From Verrucomicrobiota bacterium (lineage in GTDB: Bacteria > Verrucomicrobiota > Lentisphaeria > Victivallales > UBA1829): a DNA stretch of 43,870 nt. The first letter of the stretch is position 1, and each line of letters starts with the position of its first letter. Of this stretch, positions 17,937 through 26,702 are shown one piece after another. The notes below the pieces were generated by a model. It was not told the origin of the DNA. It ran no database searches and worked only from the letters and a program-made list of their open reading frames with translations. The DNA lies in assembly GCA_022703965.1 (NCBI GenBank), contig JAKJHH010000002.1, positions 1 through 43,870 of the forward strand, read 5' to 3'. Position numbers and translations under genes: made by a program.

Positions 17937-19904
17937 TCAACGTTCAATTTCCAGCAGGTACCATACGGATGGAATTGATCCTGTTTTCACTGTAACCATG
18001 CCGTCAACAGCATTAAATACTATTGCCGGAGCGGCGGCGCTCATATCGCCTTTAAGCGCCGTCATTTTAACGGATTTTGCGTTGAGTTTTATCTCTGAAT
18101 CTATTTTTTCAGTAAGTATCCTGCCCTCGCGGGAACGTTCGACAGTCATCTTTTCGTTCCACGTTCCGCAGGGTTCTTTGATTGTGTCGATATAAGAAAC
18201 TCTGTCCTTGTCGTTTTCGGCTCTGCCTACAGTGGTCAGCAGAACTTTCCCGGACTCCTTAAGATCTTTTCCATCCAGAGAACTGAGAATGACTGTGACA
18301 AAGAGATTTGAGGATTTTATGACTGCATCATTCAGCTTATTTTCCCCTTTGCCGAGGAATCCCGAAATCCCCTGAGTTCTCGCGGAATTGATGATAAGCT
18401 GTCCATTTTTCCAGTCTCTTGTGATTTCGCCAGTATCGCTGACGATTCTGCCGTCCTGAAGTCCTCGGTCTCCGGCTATAAGTCCTGCGTCCTTCATCTG
18501 CTTATCAAGAGAGCGGGCAAGATTGATCTTATCGCTGACCGTGTTTTTCAGGCTGTATTCCATGGAATTTGCAGCTTCAGGCTTGGACGCGGCAAGAACA
18601 AACGAAGATGATTTTTCAGGCTTTGTAGAAAGCGTTGTTTCGACTCTACTCACATAAGGCAGATAATTGAACGGAAATCTGGCGGTTCTAAGTCCTGTAC
18701 CTTCTGAAAATTCCAGACGTTCCTCTTCGTTGTAAAGAATTTCTACTTTGTTCTTCGAGGCTGCCACGTCGCGTCTGTGATAGATCAAGGCAGCCGCGGG
18801 GAATGTTCCGAAGATGGCGGGATCGTTGAATTCAGTTGTCGGACTGAGTATTTTTGTTGTTTTCTCGGCGTCATCCCATGTATACCATCCCATATAAGCG
18901 AACTGCATGATGGCATCCCAGTCCTGAAGAGCTGAACTTGAGGCAAGAGAAGGCAGATATGCGCATCTCCACTCATGCGGCCACATTGCGTCGGACTCGG
19001 TGCTTGTCACAGGCATTGAACTGAGTTTAACTGCCGCAATACCGGGTTCTATCATGTCTTTTCCGCTCAAGGGATTCACTTTCACAAGCGGTTGATTCTG
19101 CATCATAACAGTCATTTTGGCATTCGCGAATTTCGCATGATCGAAGTATTCGTTCTGTGATGTGTAGTCCATTACGGAATGAGTATCCAGCTCGGCGATG
19201 TCGTAAATGATGTTCGTTCCCGCAAGCGGCACTTTGAGACCGAGTTTTTCAAGTTCCGCTTTCATCTCGCGATAATAATCCGTCTGAAGATCCTTGAGGA
19301 AGGCAATATAATCTCTGTGCTTTGCAGGAGACTTCTGCATCGGATCTTCCGCGATGATATCGCCATTCTCAAGACTTTCATTTTCAGAAAGCGCGTTGCC
19401 CCATGCCTTGGCGAGTAGCACTGTTGAACCATACTTGTTTTTCAGGCATTTGCTGAAGAGCGCAGAAAGCAGTTTCTTATAATGATCGGGAGTGTATCTA
19501 TCCTTATTTTTTCGGCTTGCCCCCCAGTCAAAAAAGGCGGACTGTTCGTTGATAATCATCATCATGGCAACGGCAGGTTCATCGATAATCGCCTTGCCGG
19601 TATACTTGTTAACGTGGGTAAGAAGATCCTTCATGTACTTTTTCCCAAGTTCCTTGAGGTAAGGATCATAGTAAGCCCAGGGTCTGTGATGAAAGTAGAA
19701 GTCTCCGCCAATGACATTGTCCGCAGGCTGGAAGTCTCTCGCTGAAAGCCCCGTAACTGAATCCATCACTATATAAATCCCCTTATCCTTGAGACATTTC
19801 ATGTAGTAATCGAACTTGTCCCAAAGTTCGGGATCGGAAATCAAATGCTGGCGGTCTGGACGCGAATTGTCGATTATCGTGTACTCCATAAGATGCAGAC
19901 GCAC
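17937..19904 (-). CDS. C-terminal two-thirds of a GH5-like (clan GH-A) hydrolase; 3' fragment of a frameshifted gene
   Basis: The ORF begins at a GTG with no signal peptide, inside a TIM-barrel strand (RLHLMEY...). It contains MMIINEQSAF (NE acid/base-like). Its reading frame stays open upstream to 19946 and there reads LARSGINLVRLH, which continues the upstream ORF. Confidence 0.6.
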   Translation of the reverse strand: MRLHLMEYTIIDNSRPDRQHLISDPELWDKFDYYMKCLKDKGIYIVMDSVTGLSARDFQPADNVIGGDFYFHHRPWAYYDPYLKELGKKYMKDLLTHVNKYTGKAIIDEPAVAMMMIINEQSAFFDWGASRKNKDRYTPDHYKKLLSALFSKCLKNKYGSTVLLAKAWGNALSENESLENGDIIAEDPMQKSPAKHRDYIAFLKDLQTDYYREMKAELEKLGLKVPLAGTNIIYDIAELDTHSVMDYTSQNEYFDHAKFANAKMTVMMQNQPLVKVNPLSGKDMIEPGIAAVKLSSMPVTSTESDAMWPHEWRCAYLPSLASSSALQDWDAIMQFAYMGWYTWDDAEKTTKILSPTTEFNDPAIFGTFPAAALIYHRRDVAASKNKVEILYNEEERLEFSEGTGLRTARFPFNYLPYVSRVETTLSTKPEKSSSFVLAASKPEAANSMEYSLKNTVSDKINLARSLDKQMKDAGLIAGDRGLQDGRIVSDTGEITRDWKNGQLIINSARTQGISGFLGKGENKLNDAVIKSSNLFVTVILSSLDGKDLKESGKVLLTTVGRAENDKDRVSYIDTIKEPCGTWNEKMTVERSREGRILTEKIDSEIKLNAKSVKMTALKGDMSAAAPAIVFNAVDGMVTVKTGSIPSVWYLLEIER

Positions 19905-19909
19905 AAGAT

Positions 19910-21301
19910 TTATGCCTGAGCGTGCAAGAGAGTATCGGCAAGCTCTTCAGCCTGTGCTTTAGTCGGAAAGAGCGTACCGTGTCCATGTATGTTTGTTCCG
20001 AAAAAACGCGCCGGACTTCCATCCTCAAAGACGAACTTTCCGCCTTTTGACTTTAAGAATCCGTGCTTTCCCGCAGGCGCGTCGAGCAGGAAGGAAAGAT
20101 CGACAAGAGCATCAGGCGACTTCCTGTTTTTCATCTCGAAATAATACCAGTCGGCATAGTTTCGAGTCTTCAAAACAGGACTGTCCATTACATCGACGTC
20201 CCCCTTCACCAAGCTCAATGCAAAGATAAACCACATCACTTTATCCGAAGCTGTTTTGAACTCAATGGAGACAATCTCCTTTGAAGGTTCGGGATTGCGG
20301 AAAGGACTCACAAAGAGATAAACAGGACTTTTTGCAGGACAGGCAAGAGACAGGCTTGCGATTCCGGCTTTGGAAGCGTTTCCGTTCCACCAGTCGCCGC
20401 TATTGGCACCGGCAATAAATGGCAGAGAACTGCTGCTTTTATCGGAATAATTAATCTTCATGCTTCCTACCGGACTTTCAGGCTGAGCCCAGGCGCAAGT
20501 ATTGAGAACATATATCCAGTCGGACTTTCCGCTGTACTTAACTATTGCGGACTCACCAAAGCCTGGACGTCTGCTCAAGGATACAACGCCCTCAGATGCG
20601 GCTTTGATATCGAAGGGAATTCCGCAAAACTGCTGGATTCCGTCCTTGAGATTGCGTAAATCAGCCTCGCCCTGATCTGTCCAGCCTCCCTTGCCGTCTC
20701 CTGAAATATCATCCTTCAAAGAGCGCTTTACAGGAGCCTCAATTGCGGGATTCTCGAAAGATATTTCAGTAACGCTCAGATTATCCAGATAAATGCTGCC
20801 CTTCTTCTCGGGTCCTGAATAGCTGTCGTTGAAGATAAAAACAACGGGGCGAATATTTGTTGCATTATTTTTCGGCTCACCTGAAACTATTTTAAATTCC
20901 TGCCAGTCCGTCGTAACCTGAATTTTAGTGCCTCCAAGACTGCCGTTGCCTTTGTTGTCGATTTCAGTGTTAATACCGATTCTGCTCTCCACTGGCTCAT
21001 CGCTGCGGATGTATCCGCTGAAGCAGTAGCGTTTAGCAGGATCATAAGGAATTGACTTTCCAAGCGCCAGATAAGGATTCAGCGATGTAAAGCCGTCGCT
21101 GACTTTCAAGGCCTTAGTCCCGGCATACGGCTTGATATCCGTTACCGTGACTATGCTTTTTATTTCTTCCTGAGATAAACCCGAATTGGCGTTGACTCCC
21201 CAGGGAGACCAGTCCTTGTTTCCATTCTCAAAATCCCACGAAGCTCCGGCGAGCGATAAGCCCGAAATAAGACAGGTCAAGACGGTAAGCATCTTTTTCA
21301 T
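19910..21301 (-). CDS. N-terminal part (signal peptide + CBM4_9-like module + start of TIM barrel) of the same frameshifted hydrolase
   Basis: Signal peptide MKKMLTVLTCLISGLSLAGA. A CBM4_9-like segment runs SWDFENGNKDWSPWG...TDWQEFKI...IYLDNLSV. The fragment ends ...ARFFGTNIHGHGTLFPTKAQAEELADTLLHAQA*, which is typical of the first strands of a GH5-like barrel. Confidence 0.6.
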   Translation of the reverse strand: MKKMLTVLTCLISGLSLAGASWDFENGNKDWSPWGVNANSGLSQEEIKSIVTVTDIKPYAGTKALKVSDGFTSLNPYLALGKSIPYDPAKRYCFSGYIRSDEPVESRIGINTEIDNKGNGSLGGTKIQVTTDWQEFKIVSGEPKNNATNIRPVVFIFNDSYSGPEKKGSIYLDNLSVTEISFENPAIEAPVKRSLKDDISGDGKGGWTDQGEADLRNLKDGIQQFCGIPFDIKAASEGVVSLSRRPGFGESAIVKYSGKSDWIYVLNTCAWAQPESPVGSMKINYSDKSSSSLPFIAGANSGDWWNGNASKAGIASLSLACPAKSPVYLFVSPFRNPEPSKEIVSIEFKTASDKVMWFIFALSLVKGDVDVMDSPVLKTRNYADWYYFEMKNRKSPDALVDLSFLLDAPAGKHGFLKSKGGKFVFEDGSPARFFGTNIHGHGTLFPTKAQAEELADTLLHAQA

Positions 21302-21337
21302 AATGATGTATCCCAGCGTGTTTTGATTTTATTATCG

Positions 21338-23206
21338 TTATGGAAGAACGGAAAAAGCGAAGCTCCATTTTACGGAGGAAACTGCTTTATCCGTAATTAC
21401 TGCAATCTGCCAGCCGCGGCGGTTGATTCTGCCGCACTCAAGAGAGCCGGATTCTCCGTTGTCGTTTATCGTGATAAGGTCGCCCGGCATTATGTATATT
21501 GTCAGCGAAACTGAGGTGAAAATAAGCTCGAAGCGCATTTTTACCGTTCCGGCTTGCCACTCAAAGATATTGTCTGAAACTTTCTCCGGCTTTGATACGA
21601 CACGGAATCTTGCTTCTGTCACGGCATTTTTGCCGAGTGTTATTTCATCGGCAATCCGAAGGAGACGCGAATTCACGGCTTCCGCAAAGCGCTCCATTTT
21701 GAGCACTCTTTGTTCTGGGCGGTAAGCGTCCGCAAAACTCATCAGGACGCCGTTTTTCTGTTTCAGAGCGGAAAGTTTTTTGAGTCTGCCGTAGTCTACT
21801 GTTGCGGGATTGAAGGCGTGATAAATCCTGTCGTCATCCTGACCTGCGGAATCAAGGATTATGCTGTTTAGATAGAGTCCTGATTTTCTGCCGAGGTAGC
21901 CGGAGCCGAGGATCAGCGGAATATCGTTCCACGCGGCGAAAACAGATCCGGCATCCGGATGAACATGTCCGGCGTTGAACTTGTAAATAGCTTTTCCATC
22001 CTCATCAAGAGGCATGCTTTGTCCCATCGGAGCTCCGTATTTAGCCAGAAGGCGTAGGGTATTGCCGTTTTCTTTTTTGTCCGAAACAAAAATACCGTAG
22101 TCGTCGAAAATGTGAGTTGAGTCAAAACTTGTGTCTGCCTCGGCAGCCTTGCCAGTCCAGAAAAGAGTCCAGAAGCCTTCGCAAAGTCTGAAGCCGCGCT
22201 TTATAAGAGCCTCGGCTGTAGCGAAACATTTAGAACTATTGTTTTTCATGCCGACCCAGTAAAGCAGATGCGAATAGTTCTGAATCCAAAGATCGGGAGC
22301 CGGCCCCGTCCAGTTTTCAATTTCCTCAAGACAAGTGAAATTCCACTGTTTGGGAGAGTTGTCGCCAACGTTGAAATAATGTTTTCCGCTCGGAAAAAGC
22401 GAATATTCCATGAACTTCCATACTTCAGTAAAGCAGGCTTTGTCGTGCAGACTCATTCCAAGATGTCGTTCTGCGATTTCCGTCATGCGGATCAGCCATA
22501 TAAATGCGTAATGGAAATAATCTATACCCTCATAATACCAGCCGTCTTTTCCGAGTCCGTCGATAATGAGCGGGATGAATTCGGCTGACTCTTTGAAATA
22601 CCTCTCTGCTTCAGGATAATAAGGTTCCAGTGCTTTGCAGAGGCACATGAAGCCTGTAAAAGGAATATAAAAATGATTCTGCGTATAAGGATGTCTTGAA
22701 TAGGGTCTTGCCTTGAAGCGCTCATAACCCAGCTCAAGATTTTCCTTCATCTTGCAAATCAGCCGTTCAATGAATTCCTTTTCGCAGAACTCACCGCAAA
22801 GATCAAGGAAAAACGCAGTCGCATAAGCAAGATTTCCGTAACTCAAATCAACCGTAGCGCAAATGTTTTCCTGACGGGCGGCCTTATCCCAAAGCTGCGT
22901 ATTTACAACTGCCTCGATCCAGTTTCTGGCGGACTCAAAATATTCTCTTTTCCTGCTGATCCTGAATGCCACGCTTGCTTCACTAATCAGCCATGAGCAA
23001 TATTTGCTGTCTCTGGTCTCGAAAGGCTCAAAGTTTTTGCCGTCAAAACGCGTGATTTTGTAAAAGATACTTCCATCCGCTGCGCTCAAAGTCCTCGGCG
23101 CATCCTGAAGCAGGAAGTCTCTATTGAATCCATCCCACAAATTTTCATTGGAAGTAAAAGCTTTTTCCAAGTCGCTTCCTGAAAAAAATATGTATGAGTC
23201 TTTCAT
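21338..23206 (-). CDS. Heparinase II/III-like (alpha/alpha-toroid + beta-sandwich) putative polysaccharide lyase, no signal peptide
   Basis: The C-terminal motif NAGHVHPDAGSVFAAWNDIPLILGSGY resembles the GH-H-D-G-F core of heparinase II/III family domains. The N-terminal half is W/Y-rich and helical. An ATGA start/stop overlap links it to the upstream oxidoreductase gene. Confidence 0.55.
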   Translation of the reverse strand: MKDSYIFFSGSDLEKAFTSNENLWDGFNRDFLLQDAPRTLSAADGSIFYKITRFDGKNFEPFETRDSKYCSWLISEASVAFRISRKREYFESARNWIEAVVNTQLWDKAARQENICATVDLSYGNLAYATAFFLDLCGEFCEKEFIERLICKMKENLELGYERFKARPYSRHPYTQNHFYIPFTGFMCLCKALEPYYPEAERYFKESAEFIPLIIDGLGKDGWYYEGIDYFHYAFIWLIRMTEIAERHLGMSLHDKACFTEVWKFMEYSLFPSGKHYFNVGDNSPKQWNFTCLEEIENWTGPAPDLWIQNYSHLLYWVGMKNNSSKCFATAEALIKRGFRLCEGFWTLFWTGKAAEADTSFDSTHIFDDYGIFVSDKKENGNTLRLLAKYGAPMGQSMPLDEDGKAIYKFNAGHVHPDAGSVFAAWNDIPLILGSGYLGRKSGLYLNSIILDSAGQDDDRIYHAFNPATVDYGRLKKLSALKQKNGVLMSFADAYRPEQRVLKMERFAEAVNSRLLRIADEITLGKNAVTEARFRVVSKPEKVSDNIFEWQAGTVKMRFELIFTSVSLTIYIMPGDLITINDNGESGSLECGRINRRGWQIAVITDKAVSSVKWSFAFSVLP

Positions 23207-24228
23207 CTATTTTTAAGCTCCTTTAGCTGTCCGAGAATTTCAGTAATTATCCGCATGCTTTTCATGGCTGAATACATATTGCAGTAAAGCCCGGCATCCT
23301 CACCGGATACAAGACGCAGAAATTTAGCCATCTGATGAACGAAACCCTGAATATAAAGCATCGACTCCTGAGATGCGGGATTCAGCTTGTATTCCTTCAT
23401 GTCGGGTCTGTAATGCACAAGTTCGGCAGGCTCTGCGACTTTGTCCAGAGAATGATAAACGAGTCTGACCGTTTCCTTTTCCGCACAGCACTCATAAGAT
23501 TCGAGATTCATGCCGCATGCAGGTCTTAGCTCAAGAGAACAGCTTCCTCCCTCAAAAGACGCTTCTATCAGCAATCCTGAATTTATGCCGCCGTCCTCGC
23601 TTGGCTTCCATGATCTCACTGTTTCAATTTTCAGCTCGCCGACGCAACTCTGAATAAAATCCACAGGATGCCCCAGAATGTCCTCATAAAAGATCTGCTC
23701 CTTGCGTGCCGCTCTCATGAAACGGGCAGTAAATCTTTTTTCTCCGCTCATTAAGTCAATGATTCTGCGGAATTCATATGCTGCCGCCTGAGATCTTCGG
23801 TTATACCCTACCAGCGCCGCTGTTCTATTTTTTCCCAGAATTCCAGCCAGACTCTCAAGCTCTTCCGGATCGTGCGAGACAGGTTTTTCGATGAAAAAAG
23901 GAATTCCTTCCTCTGCCAGTTTTTTAGCGACCGCAACTCCGTATGGAGGCCATAACTGTATCATGTATGTGTCACAGATATGTCTGTCGGAAATCTCGCT
24001 AAAATCTTTGCAGATCAATGCTTCCGGGAAAAACTGTCTTGCTGAGAGAAGAGATTCTTCTTTAGGATCGCAGAGAAGAACGATATCGAAAAGAAATCCT
24101 TTTCCCCTGAGCTCAAGCAGAGCCGGAGCATGGCATTTGCGAAACATGTTGCCGCAGCCGATGACTCCGATTTTGAGATTGCGTCCGTTCGGAGCCGGAA
24201 GCGGAAAAATTTCTTCTATACTGTTCAC
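23203..24228 (-). CDS. Gfo/Idh/MocA-family NAD(P)-dependent oxidoreductase
   Basis: The Rossmann N-terminus is LKIGVIGCGNMFRKCHAPALLEL, with EKP in FFIEKPVS. It uses a GTG start with a GAGGG RBS, 12 nt after the pseudopilin-like stop. Confidence 0.8.
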   Translation of the reverse strand: MNSIEEIFPLPAPNGRNLKIGVIGCGNMFRKCHAPALLELRGKGFLFDIVLLCDPKEESLLSARQFFPEALICKDFSEISDRHICDTYMIQLWPPYGVAVAKKLAEEGIPFFIEKPVSHDPEELESLAGILGKNRTAALVGYNRRSQAAAYEFRRIIDLMSGEKRFTARFMRAARKEQIFYEDILGHPVDFIQSCVGELKIETVRSWKPSEDGGINSGLLIEASFEGGSCSLELRPACGMNLESYECCAEKETVRLVYHSLDKVAEPAELVHYRPDMKEYKLNPASQESMLYIQGFVHQMAKFLRLVSGEDAGLYCNMYSAMKSMRIITEILGQLKELKNR

Positions 24229-24240
24229 GAGAATGCCCTC

Positions 24241-24936
24241 TTACTTGGATTTCTTGTAATACCAGTCGATATTTCCGTTCAAACCTGCAAGCAGAACCAT
24301 GCGGGTCATCCAGCTGACATGACCGTCCGCCCATACGCAGTTCATTCCGTCGCTGTGACGGTTTCCGACTACAGGATTTTGAGCCCATCCCGCGGCTGAA
24401 GGCGGCAGAACTCTGGCATACAGAAATTCGCCTGTTCCTCCGACTCCGTCGCTGCTGTCTCCGCATACAATTGTCTGCCCTGGCATTTTTATCTCATTGA
24501 TTCTGGCTCTTGGACGGTCAGGCGAGCCGTCATAGTATCCGATGTTATAGTAATTCCATCCGTAACCGCCGCGATGATTCCAGCTGCTAAGTTCAAGCTT
24601 CCAGGACGGACACTTGAAGTAACGCAAGTTTATTGAATCGGACAAACCGCTTGCGTTAATCCCCATATAAGGAAAGAACTCGTACTTCCATTCAGTAGGG
24701 CTCATACCTACAGTGTCGCTGATCGGCAACCATCCTGCATAGTCATTTATATAAGCGCTCGTTGCTATTGCAAACTGTCTGCATGTGCCTGAGCAGGATG
24801 TCCTTTTTGCCATTTCTCTGGCTTTGCCGAGAGCAGGCAGAAGCATTGATGCCAGTATCGCAATAATCGCGATAACGACCAGCAACTCTATCAAGGTAAA
24901 GCGCAACGGATCTTTTGCGGAATTCATAATTTTCAT
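24241..24936 (-). CDS. Prepilin-type N-terminal motif protein with C-terminal H-X9-DG motif
   Basis: The N-terminus is [38 protein letters not shown] and the C-terminus carries [22 protein letters not shown] is present, 19 nt after the AraC stop. Confidence 0.85.
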   Translation of the reverse strand: MKIMNSAKDPLRFTLIELLVVIAIIAILASMLLPALGKAREMAKRTSCSGTCRQFAIATSAYINDYAGWLPISDTVGMSPTEWKYEFFPYMGINASGLSDSINLRYFKCPSWKLELSSWNHRGGYGWNYYNIGYYDGSPDRPRARINEIKMPGQTIVCGDSSDGVGGTGEFLYARVLPPSAAGWAQNPVVGNRHSDGMNCVWADGHVSWMTRMVLLAGLNGNIDWYYKKSK

Positions 24937-24955
24937 ATAAAGCCTCTGCCTCTAT

Positions 24956-25807
24956 TTAAAATGAATCATTCTCTTTTCTGAATGAACTTGGAGATTTGCC
25001 CGAATTCCTGCTAAACCAGCGTGAAAAATGATGTACGGAATTGAAGCCGAGATCGGCAGCAACCGCATAAACAGGTTTTTTGTCCTGAGAAAGGTTTTCC
25101 TGCGCGACCTTGACCCGTCGCATATTGATGTAATCCTGAGGCCCCATGCCGAAAGTATCTTTAAAACGACGCTCAAGCTGTCTGCGCGAAATTCCAGACT
25201 TCTGAGCCAGATCGTCAACCTTGATCTGATGCACAAATTCATTTTCGATTATATCCAGAGCCGTCTCAAAAGGATCTCCAGATTCGCCGCTGTTCTGCGA
25301 GTTCAGGATTTCCCATTCGCGCACTTTTCCGCCGTCCGGCCATAAAGCCATAAGTTCCATCAGCATCGAAAGCTTCAGGAAGGGATTGCAGCTTTCAGAC
25401 AACGCGATGCGATAAAGTCTGTCAAACTGAAAATGAAGGGCGCGGCAGGCAGGAGAAAGGCTCTGAACCGCCGGGATTTCCTTTTCTTTCATGAATTCCT
25501 GCGTGTCAGGAACTATTATCTTGGCTGTATAGAAAACGGAGGGATTCGTTTCCGCCTTAAGCTCATATCCGTGTCTGACATTATGATAGTGAATCATCGC
25601 CATATTACCTTTGACAGGAATTTTCTCTCCGTCAAGCATAAGAAAACCATTGCATCCGCAGCAAAAGTCAAACTGTAGAATATTGTCGTGGCTGTGTTCA
25701 GTAAGAATCCATGTTTTGCGCATGATCCTGTGCCTGTGAACCTGAATAATAGCATCAGGATTCTTTATCAGGTATTCATAAAGTTTTTTCATGCTTTTTG
25801 TGTTCAT
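24956..25807 (-). CDS. AraC-family transcriptional regulator (cupin-like N-domain + C-terminal HTH)
   Basis: The C-terminal AraC HTH region is VDDLAQKSGISRRQLERRFKDTFGMGPQDYINMRRVKVAQENL...VAADLGFNSVHHFSRWF. A strong GGAGGA RBS overlaps the upstream stop codon. Confidence 0.8.
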   Translation of the reverse strand: MNTKSMKKLYEYLIKNPDAIIQVHRHRIMRKTWILTEHSHDNILQFDFCCGCNGFLMLDGEKIPVKGNMAMIHYHNVRHGYELKAETNPSVFYTAKIIVPDTQEFMKEKEIPAVQSLSPACRALHFQFDRLYRIALSESCNPFLKLSMLMELMALWPDGGKVREWEILNSQNSGESGDPFETALDIIENEFVHQIKVDDLAQKSGISRRQLERRFKDTFGMGPQDYINMRRVKVAQENLSQDKKPVYAVAADLGFNSVHHFSRWFSRNSGKSPSSFRKENDSF

Positions 25808-25816
25808 GAGTCCTCC

Positions 25817-26620
25817 TTACGCTCCGGCAAGCAGTTTTTTAAGATAAGCCATATCTTTCCCGAGATTCTCAAGCACGGCATCCCCTTGAAGATGTACACG
25901 TGAACCGTATTCGCCATGCAGACAGTAAATTCCTCCGTAATTCCTGCTCTTGAGATCATTGATATGTTTTTTCCATGAGAACGATGAATTGTGACAGTCC
26001 GTCCATTCCGTAACGTATTCGGCCTCTTCGGAATCAGAAGCGTTAACACGTTTTTTATACGCGCTTTTCAAATTGATCATGCCAAGTTTAGGCCAGACGA
26101 TATCGAGCGCCATATCGGCAGGTTCTCCGGCTATGGAGCAGTGCGCGCAATCAAGGACAACGTTTACGTGACGTTTGTCATAAGATTCCATAAAACTCAT
26201 GAGAGCTGCGGCGCTTCCTACAAAGTAATCGCAATGATTCTGGATGCCAAGCGATACACCAGACTCCTCAAGTGCGGGAATCACGGCATCAATGCGTCTC
26301 TTGTAGTCGTCCAGACTCTTCACATAAGCTTTTTTCATGTCGATAAAAAGCATTATCCGCAGCATTCTTATGCCGTTCATCCCCAGAACTCTTATCACAT
26401 GCTCATTGATTTCTCCGGCGGCTGAAAATATTTTAAGACCAAAATCCGACATAACATTTAACGCGTCAGGAAGCTTTTTTTCGATGTTCTCAGGAGACAC
26501 ATGAAAACCAGGTCTGAGCGGAAGTTCAATACCATCCGCCCCCAGAGACTTAATCCTTCCGGCGATGTCGCTGATACTGTATTTTTCAGGAGACCATGGC
26601 TTTGTAAACACTGATATCAT
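25817..26620 (-). CDS. Sugar phosphate isomerase/epimerase-like protein (xylose-isomerase-like TIM barrel)
   Basis: 267 aa. GADGIELPLRPG near the N-terminus and the HCDYF / LDCAHC / LHGEY pattern are typical of AP_endonuc_2/xylose-isomerase-like TIM barrels. An AGGAAC RBS is present. Confidence 0.7.
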   Translation of the reverse strand: MISVFTKPWSPEKYSISDIAGRIKSLGADGIELPLRPGFHVSPENIEKKLPDALNVMSDFGLKIFSAAGEINEHVIRVLGMNGIRMLRIMLFIDMKKAYVKSLDDYKRRIDAVIPALEESGVSLGIQNHCDYFVGSAAALMSFMESYDKRHVNVVLDCAHCSIAGEPADMALDIVWPKLGMINLKSAYKKRVNASDSEEAEYVTEWTDCHNSSFSWKKHINDLKSRNYGGIYCLHGEYGSRVHLQGDAVLENLGKDMAYLKKLLAGA

Positions 26621-26702
26621 AAAAGTTCCTCTTAAACGTCTATATCCAGATTATATAATTTTTATCTTCAAAAGTCGTTAGCTGAGCCGGACAAAAAACT
26701 TG

